Source of the DNA: an uncultured bacterium
Lineage (GTDB): Bacteria; Patescibacteriota; Saccharimonadia; UBA4664; SCTI01
Reading direction: 5' to 3'
DNA: 64,000 bases
Assembly (NCBI GenBank): GCA_963721685.1
Contig: CAVRJJ010000001.1
Coordinates: 68,555-132,554, forward strand
Position numbers and translations under genes: made by a program. Positions 37,869 through 48,470 of the stretch are shown piece after piece. The notes under the pieces are model-generated. The model made no database searches and had not been told where the DNA came from. It worked only from the letters and a program-made list of their open reading frames with translations. The stretch's first letter is position 1. Each line of letters opens with the position of its first letter.

Positions 37869-39674
37869 ATGCAACCAATCAACACCTCCAAAACCACCTG
37901 GGACCTCTCGTCATTACTGGCTGAAGACAATGACCCCAAAATTATCGAATACCGTAAAGGGCTTAGCGCCGCTACCTCGGCTTTTGCCAACAAATGGCGT
38001 GAACGAACCGATTATCTCAAACAACCACCAGTACTGCTTAAAGCGCTCAACGAGTTCAATGAGCTGGAAAGCCTTAGGGCTAATGGCCGGGAGTACTATT
38101 ACTTTGGTTTGCGTTCCAGTGTGGATGCTATCGACCCGAATTTAAAGGCTAGGGAAAACCAGGCTATTGAGTTCTTGCAGGATATTTCCAACCAGCTGCA
38201 GTTCTTTTGGTTAAAGGTGGGTAATATTGATGAAAAGCTGCAGCCGGCTTTTTTGGATGATAAGGGTCTTTTGCCCTACCGCCACTGGATGGAGCAACAG
38301 TTTCGCTCGGCCAAGCACCGTTTAAGTGAAGCCGAAGAAAAAATTATGATGCTTAAATCCACCCCCGCCCATTCATTATGGGTGCAAATGACAAGCGATA
38401 TGTTGGCAAAGGATGAGCGGGAGGTGCTAACCGAAGACGGCAAAATCAAAAAGGCCACTGAAGAGGAGGTGCTTTCACTGTTAACCAGTAAGCAAAAACC
38501 GGTGCGCGACAAGGCCGCTAAAGCCATGAATGAAATGTTAGACGACCACGCCGACGTGGCCGTTACAGAACTTAATGCCATACTAAGCAATAAAAAAATT
38601 GACGACTCTCTGCGCGGATATGAACGTGCCGACAGTGCGCGCCACCATGCCGACGACATTGACAGTGAAGTGGTTGACGCGCTCATTGCCGCCGTATCAG
38701 ACCGCTACGACATTGCCCACCGTTACTATCAGTTGCGCGCTAAGCTAGTTGGCTTACCGAAGCTTGCCTACCACGAAAAAACCATTGAGTTTGGATCGGA
38801 CGATGTTGAGTATAAATACCCCAAAGCATCTCAGCTAGTTCATGACGTATTCACAAACCTTGATCCTGAGTTCGCCAATATCTACGCCTCATTTATGGAA
38901 AATGGCCAGATTGACGCCTTCCCCCGCAAAGGTAAACGCGGTGGGGCTTTTTGCGCTCATCACGGCATAACCCATCCTACTTATGTAATGCTGAACCATA
39001 CCGATAAACTACGGGACGTAATGACGATTGCCCATGAGATGGGTCACGCAATTAACAACGAACTGATCCGCAAAACCCAAAACGCCTTGAACTTTGGCAC
39101 GCCCATGGCCACGGCGGAAGTGGCCAGCACGTTTATGGAAGACTTTGTGGTGGAACGGCTCTTAAAGGAGGCGGATGATGAAACTGAGCTGTCACTTCGA
39201 ATTCGCCAACTCGATGACACTATTGCTACCATTTTCCGTCAAATCGCGTTTTACCGTTTCGAGCAAGAGCTGCACGCAGCGTTCCGTAAACAAGGCTACT
39301 TATCGCAAGACGAAATTGGAACCATCTTTGTAACGCATATTGACGCGTATTTGGGTCCGGTTTTCAACGGATCCACGGATGCGGCCAATTGGTGGATGTA
39401 TGTACCGCACTTTCGGTCATTCTTTTATGTCTATTCGTATGCCAGCGGATTACTGATTTCCAAAGCCATGCAGGCAAAGGTGCGTTCGGATAAAAGCTTT
39501 ATGGCTGAAGTTAAAACATTTCTGTCAGCCGGTTTGTCTAAGTCGCCCCAAGACATTTTTGCTGCCATGAAGATTGATATTACGGATAAGGGTTTTTGGA
39601 AAAACGGGTTAGAGGAAATAGACCGGCTATTGGCTGATACTGAAAAGCTGGCAAAGAAACTTGGTAAGGTTTAA
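37869..39674 (+). CDS. pepF: Oligoendopeptidase F (M3B family)
   Basis: HEMGHAI (HExxH) zinc motif with a downstream E. About 600 aa and the M3 architecture. Confidence 0.85.
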   Translation: MQPINTSKTTWDLSSLLAEDNDPKIIEYRKGLSAATSAFANKWRERTDYLKQPPVLLKALNEFNELESLRANGREYYYFGLRSSVDAIDPNLKARENQAIEFLQDISNQLQFFWLKVGNIDEKLQPAFLDDKGLLPYRHWMEQQFRSAKHRLSEAEEKIMMLKSTPAHSLWVQMTSDMLAKDEREVLTEDGKIKKATEEEVLSLLTSKQKPVRDKAAKAMNEMLDDHADVAVTELNAILSNKKIDDSLRGYERADSARHHADDIDSEVVDALIAAVSDRYDIAHRYYQLRAKLVGLPKLAYHEKTIEFGSDDVEYKYPKASQLVHDVFTNLDPEFANIYASFMENGQIDAFPRKGKRGGAFCAHHGITHPTYVMLNHTDKLRDVMTIAHEMGHAINNELIRKTQNALNFGTPMATAEVASTFMEDFVVERLLKEADDETELSLRIRQLDDTIATIFRQIAFYRFEQELHAAFRKQGYLSQDEIGTIFVTHIDAYLGPVFNGSTDAANWWMYVPHFRSFFYVYSYASGLLISKAMQAKVRSDKSFMAEVKTFLSAGLSKSPQDIFAAMKIDITDKGFWKNGLEEIDRLLADTEKLAKKLGKV

Positions 39675-39792
39675 ATAATTGCAGGCGGGTCCGCCACCAC
39701 CCCGAGGGGCGGCGGCGGGAGGCCGTTCATACACGCATTACTGCCCGGACAGGCAATTACGGTCGCTCGGAAGCGGCATTAATTGCGTCCTT

Positions 39793-40095
39793 TTAACGCT
39801 GTTTGATGGGGACCACGGTGCCGGGCGGGCGCCGATCCCGCTCGTCTTCGAGGGTCGAGAACACCTTGGCCAAGGCCAGGAAGTTCCGTCCCTTTTTTGT
39901 GAGCGAAAGGACCAGCACGGAGGCGATGAGGATCATCAGCGTACCGAGGATCCAGACCGCTCCACTTGAGCTGCCTAGAAGAGCGACCCCCAGGACCGCC
40001 ATTGCCGCGCTCGCGACGGTGATGAGACGACGGCGTCGACGGCTTCTGGCACTCTGGATACGGCGCTGATGCAGTTCTGTGGCTGTAAGGGGCAT
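39793..40095 (-). CDS. Hypothetical small membrane protein (100 aa, Arg-rich N-terminus plus two TM helices) in GC-rich islet C
   Basis: The minus-strand ATG at 40095 is preceded by AAGGGA. MPLTATELHQRRIQSARSRRRRRLITVASAAMAVLGVALLG...ILGTLMILIASVLVLSL... About 65% GC. Confidence 0.45.
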   Translation of the reverse strand: MPLTATELHQRRIQSARSRRRRRLITVASAAMAVLGVALLGSSSGAVWILGTLMILIASVLVLSLTKKGRNFLALAKVFSTLEDERDRRPPGTVVPIKQR

Positions 40096-40357
40096 GTGTT
40101 CCCTTTGTTCGATGGACGCAGTGTGTGAATGGCGCGACTTGATGCAGCAAACTCAGAAACTGGGTAAACCTACTTCAAAGTCAGAAAGAACAATAGCATA
40201 AAACTTCATAAAAGTCAATAGATTGGCACTAGCGCTATTTACGGCAACGAAGAGTTGCAAATTCGCGGTTCATTTGCAATAATGCCTCCATAACGTCGGC
40301 CTGCTGGTCGACTTTTTTTGAACTACAACTTAATAACAACAGAATAGGAAAGATCAT

Positions 40358-41581
40358 ATGAATACCCAGTTTTTAGCCGCCATTAACCAGATTGCCGATG
40401 AAAAAGGCTTACCGCGTGAAATAATTGTCGAAGCCGTAGAATCGGCACTGGCCGCTGCTTACAAAAAGGATTATGGCGACAAAGACCAGGAAGCTCGCGT
40501 TAAGCTTAATGACGATACCGGCGCGATCCAGGTTTTTATTAGTAAGGAAGTGGTTGGAGATGACGCGCCCGAAGAGGATTTTAACGAACACCTCCACATT
40601 CACTTAAAAGACGCCAAAAAAATTAAAAAAGACATAAAACTTGGCACCGACGACGAGCCAGCCACAATCGAGATTGAAGTCGATCCCGGCGAAGGCTTCG
40701 GGCGGGTCGCCGCGCAAACCGCAAAACAAGTAATCATCCAGCGCTTGCGCGAAGCTGAACGCGAGATTATTTATAACGAGTACCAGGATAAGGAGGGTAC
40801 GATGCTAAACGGTACCGTCCAGCGGGTGGATGGGAATTTAACCTATGTAGATATTGGCCGCACCAACGGTGTATTGTTTGCTTCGGAACAAATTCCTGGC
40901 GAGCATTACTACCCCGGACAGCGGGTAAAAGTTTATTTAGTGCGGGTTGAGCAGACCGCTCGCGGGCCGCAGATTGTAATAAGCCGGGCACACCCGGAAA
41001 TGGTGCGCCGCTTATTCGAGCTGGAAGTACCGGAAATAGAAACCGGAACGGTCGAAATTAAGAATGTGGCCCGTGAAGCCGGAACCCGTAGTAAAGTCGC
41101 GGTCCAGTCAAACTCGGATAGCGTTGACCCGGTTGGTACCTTTGTTGGCGGCCGTGGTGCCCGGGTACAGGCCGTAATGGGCGAGCTCGGCGAGGAAAAG
41201 ATCGATATCATTCTTTATAGTGACAACCCGGAGACCTACATCATTAATGCCTTGTCACCAACCAAGGTTGTTGGTGTTGAGCTGGATGAGACTGAGCATA
41301 AGGCAAAGGTAAGAGTGCCCGAAGACCAGCTCAGCCTGGCAATTGGCAAGCAAGGCCAAAATGTGCGCTTAGCGGCCAAGTTAACCGGCTGGAACATTGA
41401 TATTTTAAGCGCTGATGAGTCGCGGGTTGAAGCCGCCGCCGATGCCGCCACCAATGATGAACCAACACCACCCCGAAAGAAGCAAGACCTGGAAAGCTCG
41501 TTAATTGACGCTGTTAACCAACAGTCGCAATCCGCTTCCGTTGACGGTTCCGAGCCCGCCGAAGCTGAAAAAACGGACTAA
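40358..41581 (+). CDS. nusA: Transcription termination/antitermination factor NusA
   Basis: N-terminal domain, S1 (GTVQRVDGNLTYVDIG) and two KH domains (VSRAHPEMVRRLFELEVPEI..., LAIGKQGQNVRLAAKLTGWNIDI), plus an acidic tail. Confidence 0.9.
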   Translation: MNTQFLAAINQIADEKGLPREIIVEAVESALAAAYKKDYGDKDQEARVKLNDDTGAIQVFISKEVVGDDAPEEDFNEHLHIHLKDAKKIKKDIKLGTDDEPATIEIEVDPGEGFGRVAAQTAKQVIIQRLREAEREIIYNEYQDKEGTMLNGTVQRVDGNLTYVDIGRTNGVLFASEQIPGEHYYPGQRVKVYLVRVEQTARGPQIVISRAHPEMVRRLFELEVPEIETGTVEIKNVAREAGTRSKVAVQSNSDSVDPVGTFVGGRGARVQAVMGELGEEKIDIILYSDNPETYIINALSPTKVVGVELDETEHKAKVRVPEDQLSLAIGKQGQNVRLAAKLTGWNIDILSADESRVEAAADAATNDEPTPPRKKQDLESSLIDAVNQQSQSASVDGSEPAEAEKTD

Positions 41582-41756
41582 CTCAAACCATTATCTTATA
41601 TTCCAAGATCTGGTGATATACTGGGAGTATAGTTGTTCCGCCTTTCTTGCTCATACCGCACCCTTCGCGGGTGGAATGATAAGCATCTAGCACTCATGAG
41701 GGTAGAGTGCTAATATAGAACTAACAAGTTCTGTTATAGAAGGAAAGGAGCTTCAT

Positions 41757-44234
41757 TTGAGCGTAGAGTTTGGTCCGCAGTTTGACCGATTTACTGAAAA
41801 TGCTAAACAAAGTTTAGAGAATGCTGATGCTATAGCCCAAGGAATGGCATCGAGTTACATTGGCACTGAGCATATATTGTTGGGTGTGTTACAGCAAGAG
41901 GGGTCAATTGGGGCCAAAATCCTGCGCAGCGCCGGGGTGACCGCCGACCGTGCCCAAGATTGGGTAAGTAATTCTCAGAATGTTTTTGCTCGCAGCAGCC
42001 ACAAAGGGTTAAGTGAAACCGCAAAAACCACACTTACCTTATCGTGGAGGATTGCCCGTGAATTCGGACAGCCCTATTCAGGCACTGAGCATATACTCTT
42101 TGCTTTATTAAGCCAAAAAAATGCACGCGCCAATGCCATACTTAAGGAAATGCACGTCGACCCGGCAATTGTCAGGGCCGAGCTGGAAAACTATTTAAGC
42201 AACCAGCAGTTCTTTACCGGTGAAGACAACCAGCGGACCCAAGGTAAAAAGACAAAATCTAAAACGCCGGCACTGGATGGTTTCGGGGTGGACTTAACGG
42301 TTAAGGCTGGCAAAGGCGAGCTTGACCCGGTTATTGGCCGCGAAACCCAGATTGGCCGGGTCGTTACTATCCTTAATCGGCGCTCTAAAAATAATCCGGT
42401 TTTAATAGGTGAACCCGGTGTTGGCAAGACTGCCATTGTTGAGGGCTTGGCCCAGCGGATAGTAGCCGAAGATGTGCCGGAAATGCTGCAAAACAAGCGT
42501 ATTGTGATGCTTGACCTCGCTAGCGTAATTGCCGGCACCAAGTACCGGGGAGAATTTGAAGAACGGCTCAAAAAACTGCTTGATGAAACCAAAGCCAACA
42601 AAGACGTAATCCTTTTTATTGATGAGCTCCATACGGTTGTTGGCGCTGGCGCTGCCGAAGGTGCCATTGACGCGGCCAACATCTTAAAGCCAGCATTGAG
42701 CCGCGGCGAAATCCAGGTGATTGGCGCGACTACATTGGATGAGTACCGCAAACACATTGAACGTGATGCCGCCCTGGAGCGTCGTTTTCAGCCAGTGCAG
42801 GTTCCCGAAGCAACCGTGGAGGAAACCGTACAAGTACTTCATGGACTCAAACAACGCTATGAAGAGCATCATCGCGTAAAAATTACCGATGCCGCTATAG
42901 AACAGGCTGCAAAACTGGCTGAACGTTATGTCGCCGACCGCTTTCTGCCCGACAAAGCTATTGACCTTGTCGACGAGGCCGCTTCGCTGGTACGAATAAA
43001 GCGCGGCGCAACCAGTAAGCCCTTGCGCGCCATGCAAAAACAGCTGGCCGAAGCACAGATAGAGATTGAGGAAGCGGTTAACAACCAGGACTTTGAGCAG
43101 GCCGCGCGTCTAAAGACCCGTGCCAGTGTGCTTGAGCAAAAACTGGCTGCCTTGAGGCTGAAAGAGGGTTCCGCCGATAACGCCGACCTGGAAATTACGG
43201 CTGAAGATATCGCCCAAGTTATTAGTATGATGACCGGCATCCCCCTGATGCGCCTCATTGATACGGAAATGATTAACTTAGTTAAGCTTGATGAGCGCCT
43301 AAGCCAGCGGGTGATTGCGCAGGAAGAGGCTGTCAATTCAATTGCCAAAGCCATTCGCCGCAGCCGTACCGGCATTAGCGATGCGCGCCGCCCAATCGGT
43401 TCGTTTATCTTCCTTGGCCCCACCGGCGTGGGCAAAACCGAGTTGGCCCGGGTCCTCAGTCAGGAGATGTTTAATAGCCGGGAAGCGATGATTAAGATAG
43501 ATATGAGCGAGTTTATGGAAAAGCATAATGTTGCCCGGTTGGTGGGCGCTCCGGCCGGCTATGTCGGCTACGAGGAGGGCGGCCAGTTAACCGAGCAAGT
43601 CCGCCGCAAACCCTACAGCCTGATTTTATTTGATGAAATTGAAAAGGCCCATCCTGACGTATTCAACATGTTGCTGCAGATTTTAGAGGACGGCTATGCT
43701 ACCGACGCCAAAGGCCGCCGGGTTGATTTCCGAAATACCATCATCATTATGACCAGCAATGTGGGCGCAGAGGTAATGTATAACCAGGCTAAGCTTGGTT
43801 TCCAAGTGGAAACCCGCAAGGAAGAGCTGGAGCTTGACGCGCAGCATGAGCGGGTAAAAGAACAAGTGCTTGAGTCGCTCAAAAAGTCATTCCGCCCGGA
43901 GTTTTTGAACCGTGTTGACGATGTAGTAGTATTTAGGCCGCTCTCAAAACTTGATATCCGTCAAATCCTAGAATTACAGTTATCAGACTTAAGTATCCGC
44001 ATTGGCGAGCAAGGGCTAAGTTTACGGGTTTCTGACACGGCTAAGGATTTGCTTATTGAAAAAGGCTATAACGTCGACCAAGGCGCGCGCCCGATGCGCC
44101 GGGCAATCCAGGACTTGGTGGAAGATCCTTTAGCTACCGGGGTTTTGAAAAATGAGTTTAAGGAAGGGGATACGGTTTCTGTTACCGCCAAAGACGGCAA
44201 GCTTCTCCTTAAAGCCCTGACCCCGCACGCCTAA
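41757..44234 (+). CDS. clpC: ATP-dependent Clp protease ATP-binding subunit (ClpC-type; TTG start)
   Basis: Two Clp N-repeats, AAA-1 Walker A GEPGVGKT, a UVR-like linker ([14 protein letters not shown]), AAA-2 Walker [12 protein letters not shown] and the ClpB/D2-small domain. Confidence 0.9.
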   Translation: MSVEFGPQFDRFTENAKQSLENADAIAQGMASSYIGTEHILLGVLQQEGSIGAKILRSAGVTADRAQDWVSNSQNVFARSSHKGLSETAKTTLTLSWRIAREFGQPYSGTEHILFALLSQKNARANAILKEMHVDPAIVRAELENYLSNQQFFTGEDNQRTQGKKTKSKTPALDGFGVDLTVKAGKGELDPVIGRETQIGRVVTILNRRSKNNPVLIGEPGVGKTAIVEGLAQRIVAEDVPEMLQNKRIVMLDLASVIAGTKYRGEFEERLKKLLDETKANKDVILFIDELHTVVGAGAAEGAIDAANILKPALSRGEIQVIGATTLDEYRKHIERDAALERRFQPVQVPEATVEETVQVLHGLKQRYEEHHRVKITDAAIEQAAKLAERYVADRFLPDKAIDLVDEAASLVRIKRGATSKPLRAMQKQLAEAQIEIEEAVNNQDFEQAARLKTRASVLEQKLAALRLKEGSADNADLEITAEDIAQVISMMTGIPLMRLIDTEMINLVKLDERLSQRVIAQEEAVNSIAKAIRRSRTGISDARRPIGSFIFLGPTGVGKTELARVLSQEMFNSREAMIKIDMSEFMEKHNVARLVGAPAGYVGYEEGGQLTEQVRRKPYSLILFDEIEKAHPDVFNMLLQILEDGYATDAKGRRVDFRNTIIIMTSNVGAEVMYNQAKLGFQVETRKEELELDAQHERVKEQVLESLKKSFRPEFLNRVDDVVVFRPLSKLDIRQILELQLSDLSIRIGEQGLSLRVSDTAKDLLIEKGYNVDQGARPMRRAIQDLVEDPLATGVLKNEFKEGDTVSVTAKDGKLLLKALTPHA

Positions 44235-44384
44235 CCGAAGGAGAAAAAGCGCGCCGTGGTAGAACTTTTATGGCATGTCGTCAGCCGGCGCGAGCCATGA
44301 TGACCATGAACAGAAAAGTTGCTACCCGGTAAGCTTCTACGTAGGTTAATTTAGCTGATTAGTGGTAAACTTACCTACATACTT

Positions 44385-45410
44385 ATGCAGCTTTTTCGCC
44401 GACTTACCAAGCAATATCCATCATTTCGAATATACGGGCTAACAATACTGGTTAGTCTGATTGCCTGTTTTGCGGTTGGATTTAAGCTGGGCCTGGCGGC
44501 TTTTATTACGACGGTTATACTGGCCGTTTTGGAAATAAGCCTGAGTTTTGATAATGCCGTAGTAAACGCCAAAGTACTTAAAACGATGTCACCGTTTTGG
44601 CGTAAAATCTTTCTGACGGTAGGAATATTGATAGCGGTGGTTGGGGTACGGTTGTTACTTCCGGTTTTGCTCGTCGTGATTTTTGCCCACACCGGTTTCA
44701 GTCAAGTTGTCCACTTGGCGCTTTATGATCCTGAAAAGTATGGAGAAATGCTTCACCACATTCATCCGGAGATTGCCGGCTTCGGCGGCATTTTCCTCCT
44801 CTTGTTGTTCCTTGATTACATCCTAGGCGAACGTAAAATTTTATGGCTTCGCCATCTTGAACTTCCGCTCATCAAGCTGGGCCGGTTTAAGCGGCTCGAT
44901 GTAGTGGTCGCCCTGCTGGCACTGTTAGGTGCGGTGAGCTTTGTAGGTGAGGAGCATAAAACCAGTATGCTCGTCTCAGGCATTGTGGGCGCGGTTATAT
45001 ATATTGTCATCAAGTCGGTTAGCGACTTTTTTGAAAATAGCAGTTCTATGCAAAATGTTGCGAAGTCGGGGTTGATCGGGTTTATATACCTGGAAGTGCT
45101 AGACGCCAGTTTCAGTCTTGACGGGGTACTGGGGGCTTTTGCGATTACCAGCAGTATTGTGGTAATTATGGTTGGTTTAGGGATTGGCGCACTATGGGTA
45201 CGGAGCATGACCATACATTTGGTTGAAACCGATACATTGGCACGATTCCGCTACTTAGAGCATGGTGCCCATTACGCGATCGGGGTACTGGCAGTGCTTT
45301 TACTCGTCAGTGCCAGCCAGGAAATATCCGAACTGATTACAGGCTTATTAGGGTTTGGTATTATTATCGCTGCTTTGACCGACTCAATCCGGTTTAACCG
45401 ACAGTCTTAG
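44385..45410 (+). CDS. TerC-family integral membrane protein
   Basis: EISLSFDNAVVNA motif (the TerC 'LSxDNxxV' pattern) and about 8 TM helices. Confidence 0.65.
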   Translation: MQLFRRLTKQYPSFRIYGLTILVSLIACFAVGFKLGLAAFITTVILAVLEISLSFDNAVVNAKVLKTMSPFWRKIFLTVGILIAVVGVRLLLPVLLVVIFAHTGFSQVVHLALYDPEKYGEMLHHIHPEIAGFGGIFLLLLFLDYILGERKILWLRHLELPLIKLGRFKRLDVVVALLALLGAVSFVGEEHKTSMLVSGIVGAVIYIVIKSVSDFFENSSSMQNVAKSGLIGFIYLEVLDASFSLDGVLGAFAITSSIVVIMVGLGIGALWVRSMTIHLVETDTLARFRYLEHGAHYAIGVLAVLLLVSASQEISELITGLLGFGIIIAALTDSIRFNRQS

Positions 45411-46003
45411 CCTTTTACGATTTGCTTCTTCTTGATTAAGGTGTTGCGTTGTTTTTTGGCGGTATTTAATGATTGGGTAACCTTTTGGCCGGCTACGGTA
45501 ACGGTTTTTCGCTGGGCGTGGATAGCGGTTTTTGCAGGTTTAATTTCTTTCTTTAAAGCATCTAAGGTTTTAGCTCTTTCAATGTCAGTGCAGTTGTCAG
45601 GCCCCACATTTGAAAACTTGGCAATATAATTGATGTACGTATTTTCAAGAGCTTCGGTTTTACCAATATACACGCTCAGGGCCGCGTCAACCGGCCCCAA
45701 ATTAACGGGGTGCTGGCTCTTATTGGTTTTGCTGACGTAGCTGGCATAATTATCACGTCGTTTATTCCATTCACGCAGCTTATGGTTATATGACTCTTGG
45801 AGACCCCCGTCATATCCGGCAGGTCGGGTTTTCCCGTAAAACTCCCGCTCTAAACGGGTTGCTTCCTTCTTTATCTGAGCAATTTTATTACTACATTTCT
45901 GTAAATCATGCGGTTTTACTAGCGGATCGGCGGCGCTCGCTGACCCGGCTCCAAGTAAGACGCTGCTTAATGCTAAAACGGCTGCAAATTTATAAATTTT
46001 CAT
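45407..46003 (-). CDS. Secreted hypothetical protein with signal peptide
   Basis: MKIYKFAAVLALSSVLLGAGSASA signal peptide, then a Lys-rich helical mature region. No family recognised. Confidence 0.45.
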   Translation of the reverse strand: MKIYKFAAVLALSSVLLGAGSASAADPLVKPHDLQKCSNKIAQIKKEATRLEREFYGKTRPAGYDGGLQESYNHKLREWNKRRDNYASYVSKTNKSQHPVNLGPVDAALSVYIGKTEALENTYINYIAKFSNVGPDNCTDIERAKTLDALKKEIKPAKTAIHAQRKTVTVAGQKVTQSLNTAKKQRNTLIKKKQIVKG

Positions 46004-46086
46004 AGTCTCTTTTTATATTAGTTTTTGTTTTTAATGGTACTTCAACCATAAGAATAATAAATTGCAAGTACTTTGTCAAGTTTTGA

Positions 46087-46115
46087 TTGCATGTTCGTTT
46101 TATGTTCGGTATAAT
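46087..46115 (+). promoter_or_regulatory. Sigma-70-type promoter upstream of radA (TTGCAT-17 nt-TATAAT)
   Basis: -35 TTGCAT at 46087-92, a 17-nt spacer, and -10 TATAAT at 46110-15. About 35 nt upstream of the radA ATG. Confidence 0.45.
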
Positions 46116-46150
46116 AATCACTACACTCATCCAATCAAATAAGGACTTAT

Positions 46151-47485
46151 ATGACCAAAAATCAAACCCAATACGTCTGTCAAACCTGCGGCAATACGCA
46201 ATCTAAGTGGGCAGGAAGGTGTGATAATTGTAGCTCCTGGAATTCATTGGTGGAAACGGCAACGACCGTTCGCGGAGGGAGAAGCGGATCTGTTGCAGCG
46301 GCAAAACCAGAGAAATTGGAAGAGGTGGCCACTCGCAAGCTACCCCGAATTGACACCCACGTACCTGAGGTCAATGAAGTGTTGGGGGGAGGCATAGTTC
46401 CCGGATCAATAACCCTGCTTTCCGGAGATCCGGGGATAGGGAAGTCAACACTGGTCTTGCAGCTGGCAGCCCATATTGGCAACGATCAGGCAGTCTTATA
46501 CGTAAGCGGCGAGGAGTCTGCCAATCAAATAAAGCTCCGGGCTGACCGCTTGAAAGTTGAGGCTGATAACCTTTACTTATTGAGTGAGACGAATATTGAA
46601 ACCGTAGTGGCAACCATTGAGCAGACTGACTATAAGCTCGTTATTATTGATTCAATCCAAACCATGTCGGCGGAAGCTTTAACCGGTAGCGCGGGAAGTG
46701 TCGGGCAAATCACGGCCAGCGCTCAGTTGCTTCAACGGGTAGCAAAAAAGCGTCATATTGCCATGATTATTATTGGACATGTAACCAAGGAAGGATCAAT
46801 AGCTGGCCCTAAGGTGCTGGAGCATTTAGTAGATGTTGTGCTTTATCTGGAAGGTGACCGCTATGGCACATTTAAGGCGTTGCGGGGTATTAAAAACCGG
46901 TTTGGCTCGACCAGCGAAGTCGGTATTTTTGAAATGCAAGACAATGGTTTAATGCCGGTTCCCAACCCATCGCAAGCCTTGTTGGCGGAGCGGCAGGAAG
47001 CGCCTGGTTCAGTGGTCCTGGCAACCATTGAAGGCAGCCGACCCATATTGGTGGAAGTGCAGGCGCTTGTTACCAAAAGTGTGTTTGGTTATCCCAAGCG
47101 CACAGCTTCAGGCTTTGATTTAAACCGGTTAAATGTATTGGTAGCCGTGCTAACAAAACGGGCGGCCTTAAACTTGTCTGATCAAGACATTTATGTTAAT
47201 GTTATAGGCGGATTGAAAATCACTGAACCCGCCGCCGATCTAGCAATTATTTTAGCGATAGCCTCGGCCTTCCATAATACGCCGGTCGCTCATAATCTTA
47301 TCGCTTTTGGTGAAGTGGGTCTAAGTGGTGAAATCCGCTCAGTAAGCAATGTGTCCGGCCGGTTAGCCGAAGCTAAGAAATTAGGCTTCCGTTACGCGAT
47401 TGGCCCAAGCAAAGCCGAAACCAAAGGCGTAAGCCGGGTAAAGACCATCGCCGAGGCGGTATCCGCAGCCATTATCACATCATAA
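46151..47485 (+). CDS. radA: DNA repair protein RadA (Sms)
   Basis: N-terminal C4 zinc finger (CQTCGNTQSKWAGRCDNC), RecA-like Walker A GDPGIGKST, the KNRFG motif and a Lon-like C-terminal domain. Confidence 0.9.
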   Translation: MTKNQTQYVCQTCGNTQSKWAGRCDNCSSWNSLVETATTVRGGRSGSVAAAKPEKLEEVATRKLPRIDTHVPEVNEVLGGGIVPGSITLLSGDPGIGKSTLVLQLAAHIGNDQAVLYVSGEESANQIKLRADRLKVEADNLYLLSETNIETVVATIEQTDYKLVIIDSIQTMSAEALTGSAGSVGQITASAQLLQRVAKKRHIAMIIIGHVTKEGSIAGPKVLEHLVDVVLYLEGDRYGTFKALRGIKNRFGSTSEVGIFEMQDNGLMPVPNPSQALLAERQEAPGSVVLATIEGSRPILVEVQALVTKSVFGYPKRTASGFDLNRLNVLVAVLTKRAALNLSDQDIYVNVIGGLKITEPAADLAIILAIASAFHNTPVAHNLIAFGEVGLSGEIRSVSNVSGRLAEAKKLGFRYAIGPSKAETKGVSRVKTIAEAVSAAIITS

Positions 47486-47507
47486 AAGTTAAGAAAGTAT
47501 TATATTT

Positions 47508-48470
47508 ATGGGATTATTTAATCGTAACCAACGAGAAGCAGACGAAATTCCCTCAGTTTCATCCGTTCCGGCATTAGTTGATACCTCAGTTATAATTGAC
47601 GGCCGAATTGTAGACATCGCTAAGGCTGGCTTTGCACCTGGAAAACTACTAGTACCGCGGTTCGTGTTAGCTGAACTGCAGCTTATTGCTGACTCTGGCG
47701 ACGCGATGAAGCGCGGCCGCGGCCGACGTGGCCTGGAAATGCTTCACGGTATGCGTGAAGCCGGGGTAGACCTGGAAATTATTGAAGATGACTACAAGGA
47801 CATTAAAGAAGTAGATGCAAAGTTAGTACGGCTTGGACGTAAGCTTGGCGCCAACGTCTTAACTACCGACTACAACCTTAACCGGGTAGCCAGCATTGAA
47901 GGCGTTCGGGTTTTGAATATCAATGAACTGGCAAACGCGGTACGGCCGGTAATTTTGCCCGGCGAGCATATGTTCACTAAAATAGTTCAGCCCGGCAAAG
48001 AGAAAGGGCAAGGAGTTGGCTATTTGGCCGACGGCACCATGATAGTGGTTGATGCCAGCGAACGCTTAATTAGCCAGGAAGTCGAAGTGGAGATTACCCG
48101 CGTATTCCAAACTGTCGCCGGGAAGATGCTTTTTGCGGTGTTGGTAAATGGGAAATCAAATGCCTCACCCAGAGTATCCGATGGGCATGAAACCGAACTT
48201 CGCCCCGGACGACCGCCGCATCAAAACAATCGAAGCCGCCAACCTAAGCCGATGCCCACCTCTCAACCAAGACCAGGTGGTTCCAATCAGCGCACCGCAG
48301 GCCACCATTCGCAACGAAATTCAGAACCCCTTAAGCAGCGGCCATCGAAAGATGTGACCACCAGCAATACGGAAGCACGTCCTCCCCGGCGTCCCAAACG
48401 CGTTAGCCCGACCCAGCGCCTAGAAAATAGTCTCATGGAGCTAACCGGCGGGGATACTAAGCAGGATTAA
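47508..48470 (+). CDS. PIN/TRAM-domain protein (YacL-like) with a basic Pro-rich C-terminal tail
   Basis: PIN-like acidic residues (VDTSVIIDGRI...), a TRAM-like beta region (EVEVEITRVFQT...) and a low-complexity tail. Conserved linkage with radA. Confidence 0.65.
   Translation: MGLFNRNQREADEIPSVSSVPALVDTSVIIDGRIVDIAKAGFAPGKLLVPRFVLAELQLIADSGDAMKRGRGRRGLEMLHGMREAGVDLEIIEDDYKDIKEVDAKLVRLGRKLGANVLTTDYNLNRVASIEGVRVLNINELANAVRPVILPGEHMFTKIVQPGKEKGQGVGYLADGTMIVVDASERLISQEVEVEITRVFQTVAGKMLFAVLVNGKSNASPRVSDGHETELRPGRPPHQNNRSRQPKPMPTSQPRPGGSNQRTAGHHSQRNSEPLKQRPSKDVTTSNTEARPPRRPKRVSPTQRLENSLMELTGGDTKQD

Noticed and set aside
44235-44384. Possible yybP-ykoY (Mn) riboswitch upstream of the TerC-family gene
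   Set aside because: TerC-family genes are frequently controlled by this riboswitch, and the leader has a long-range GC stem (GCGCGCCG...CGGCGCG). However, I could not recognise the conserved core sequence from memory. It needs a covariance-model search (Rfam RF00080) before calling.
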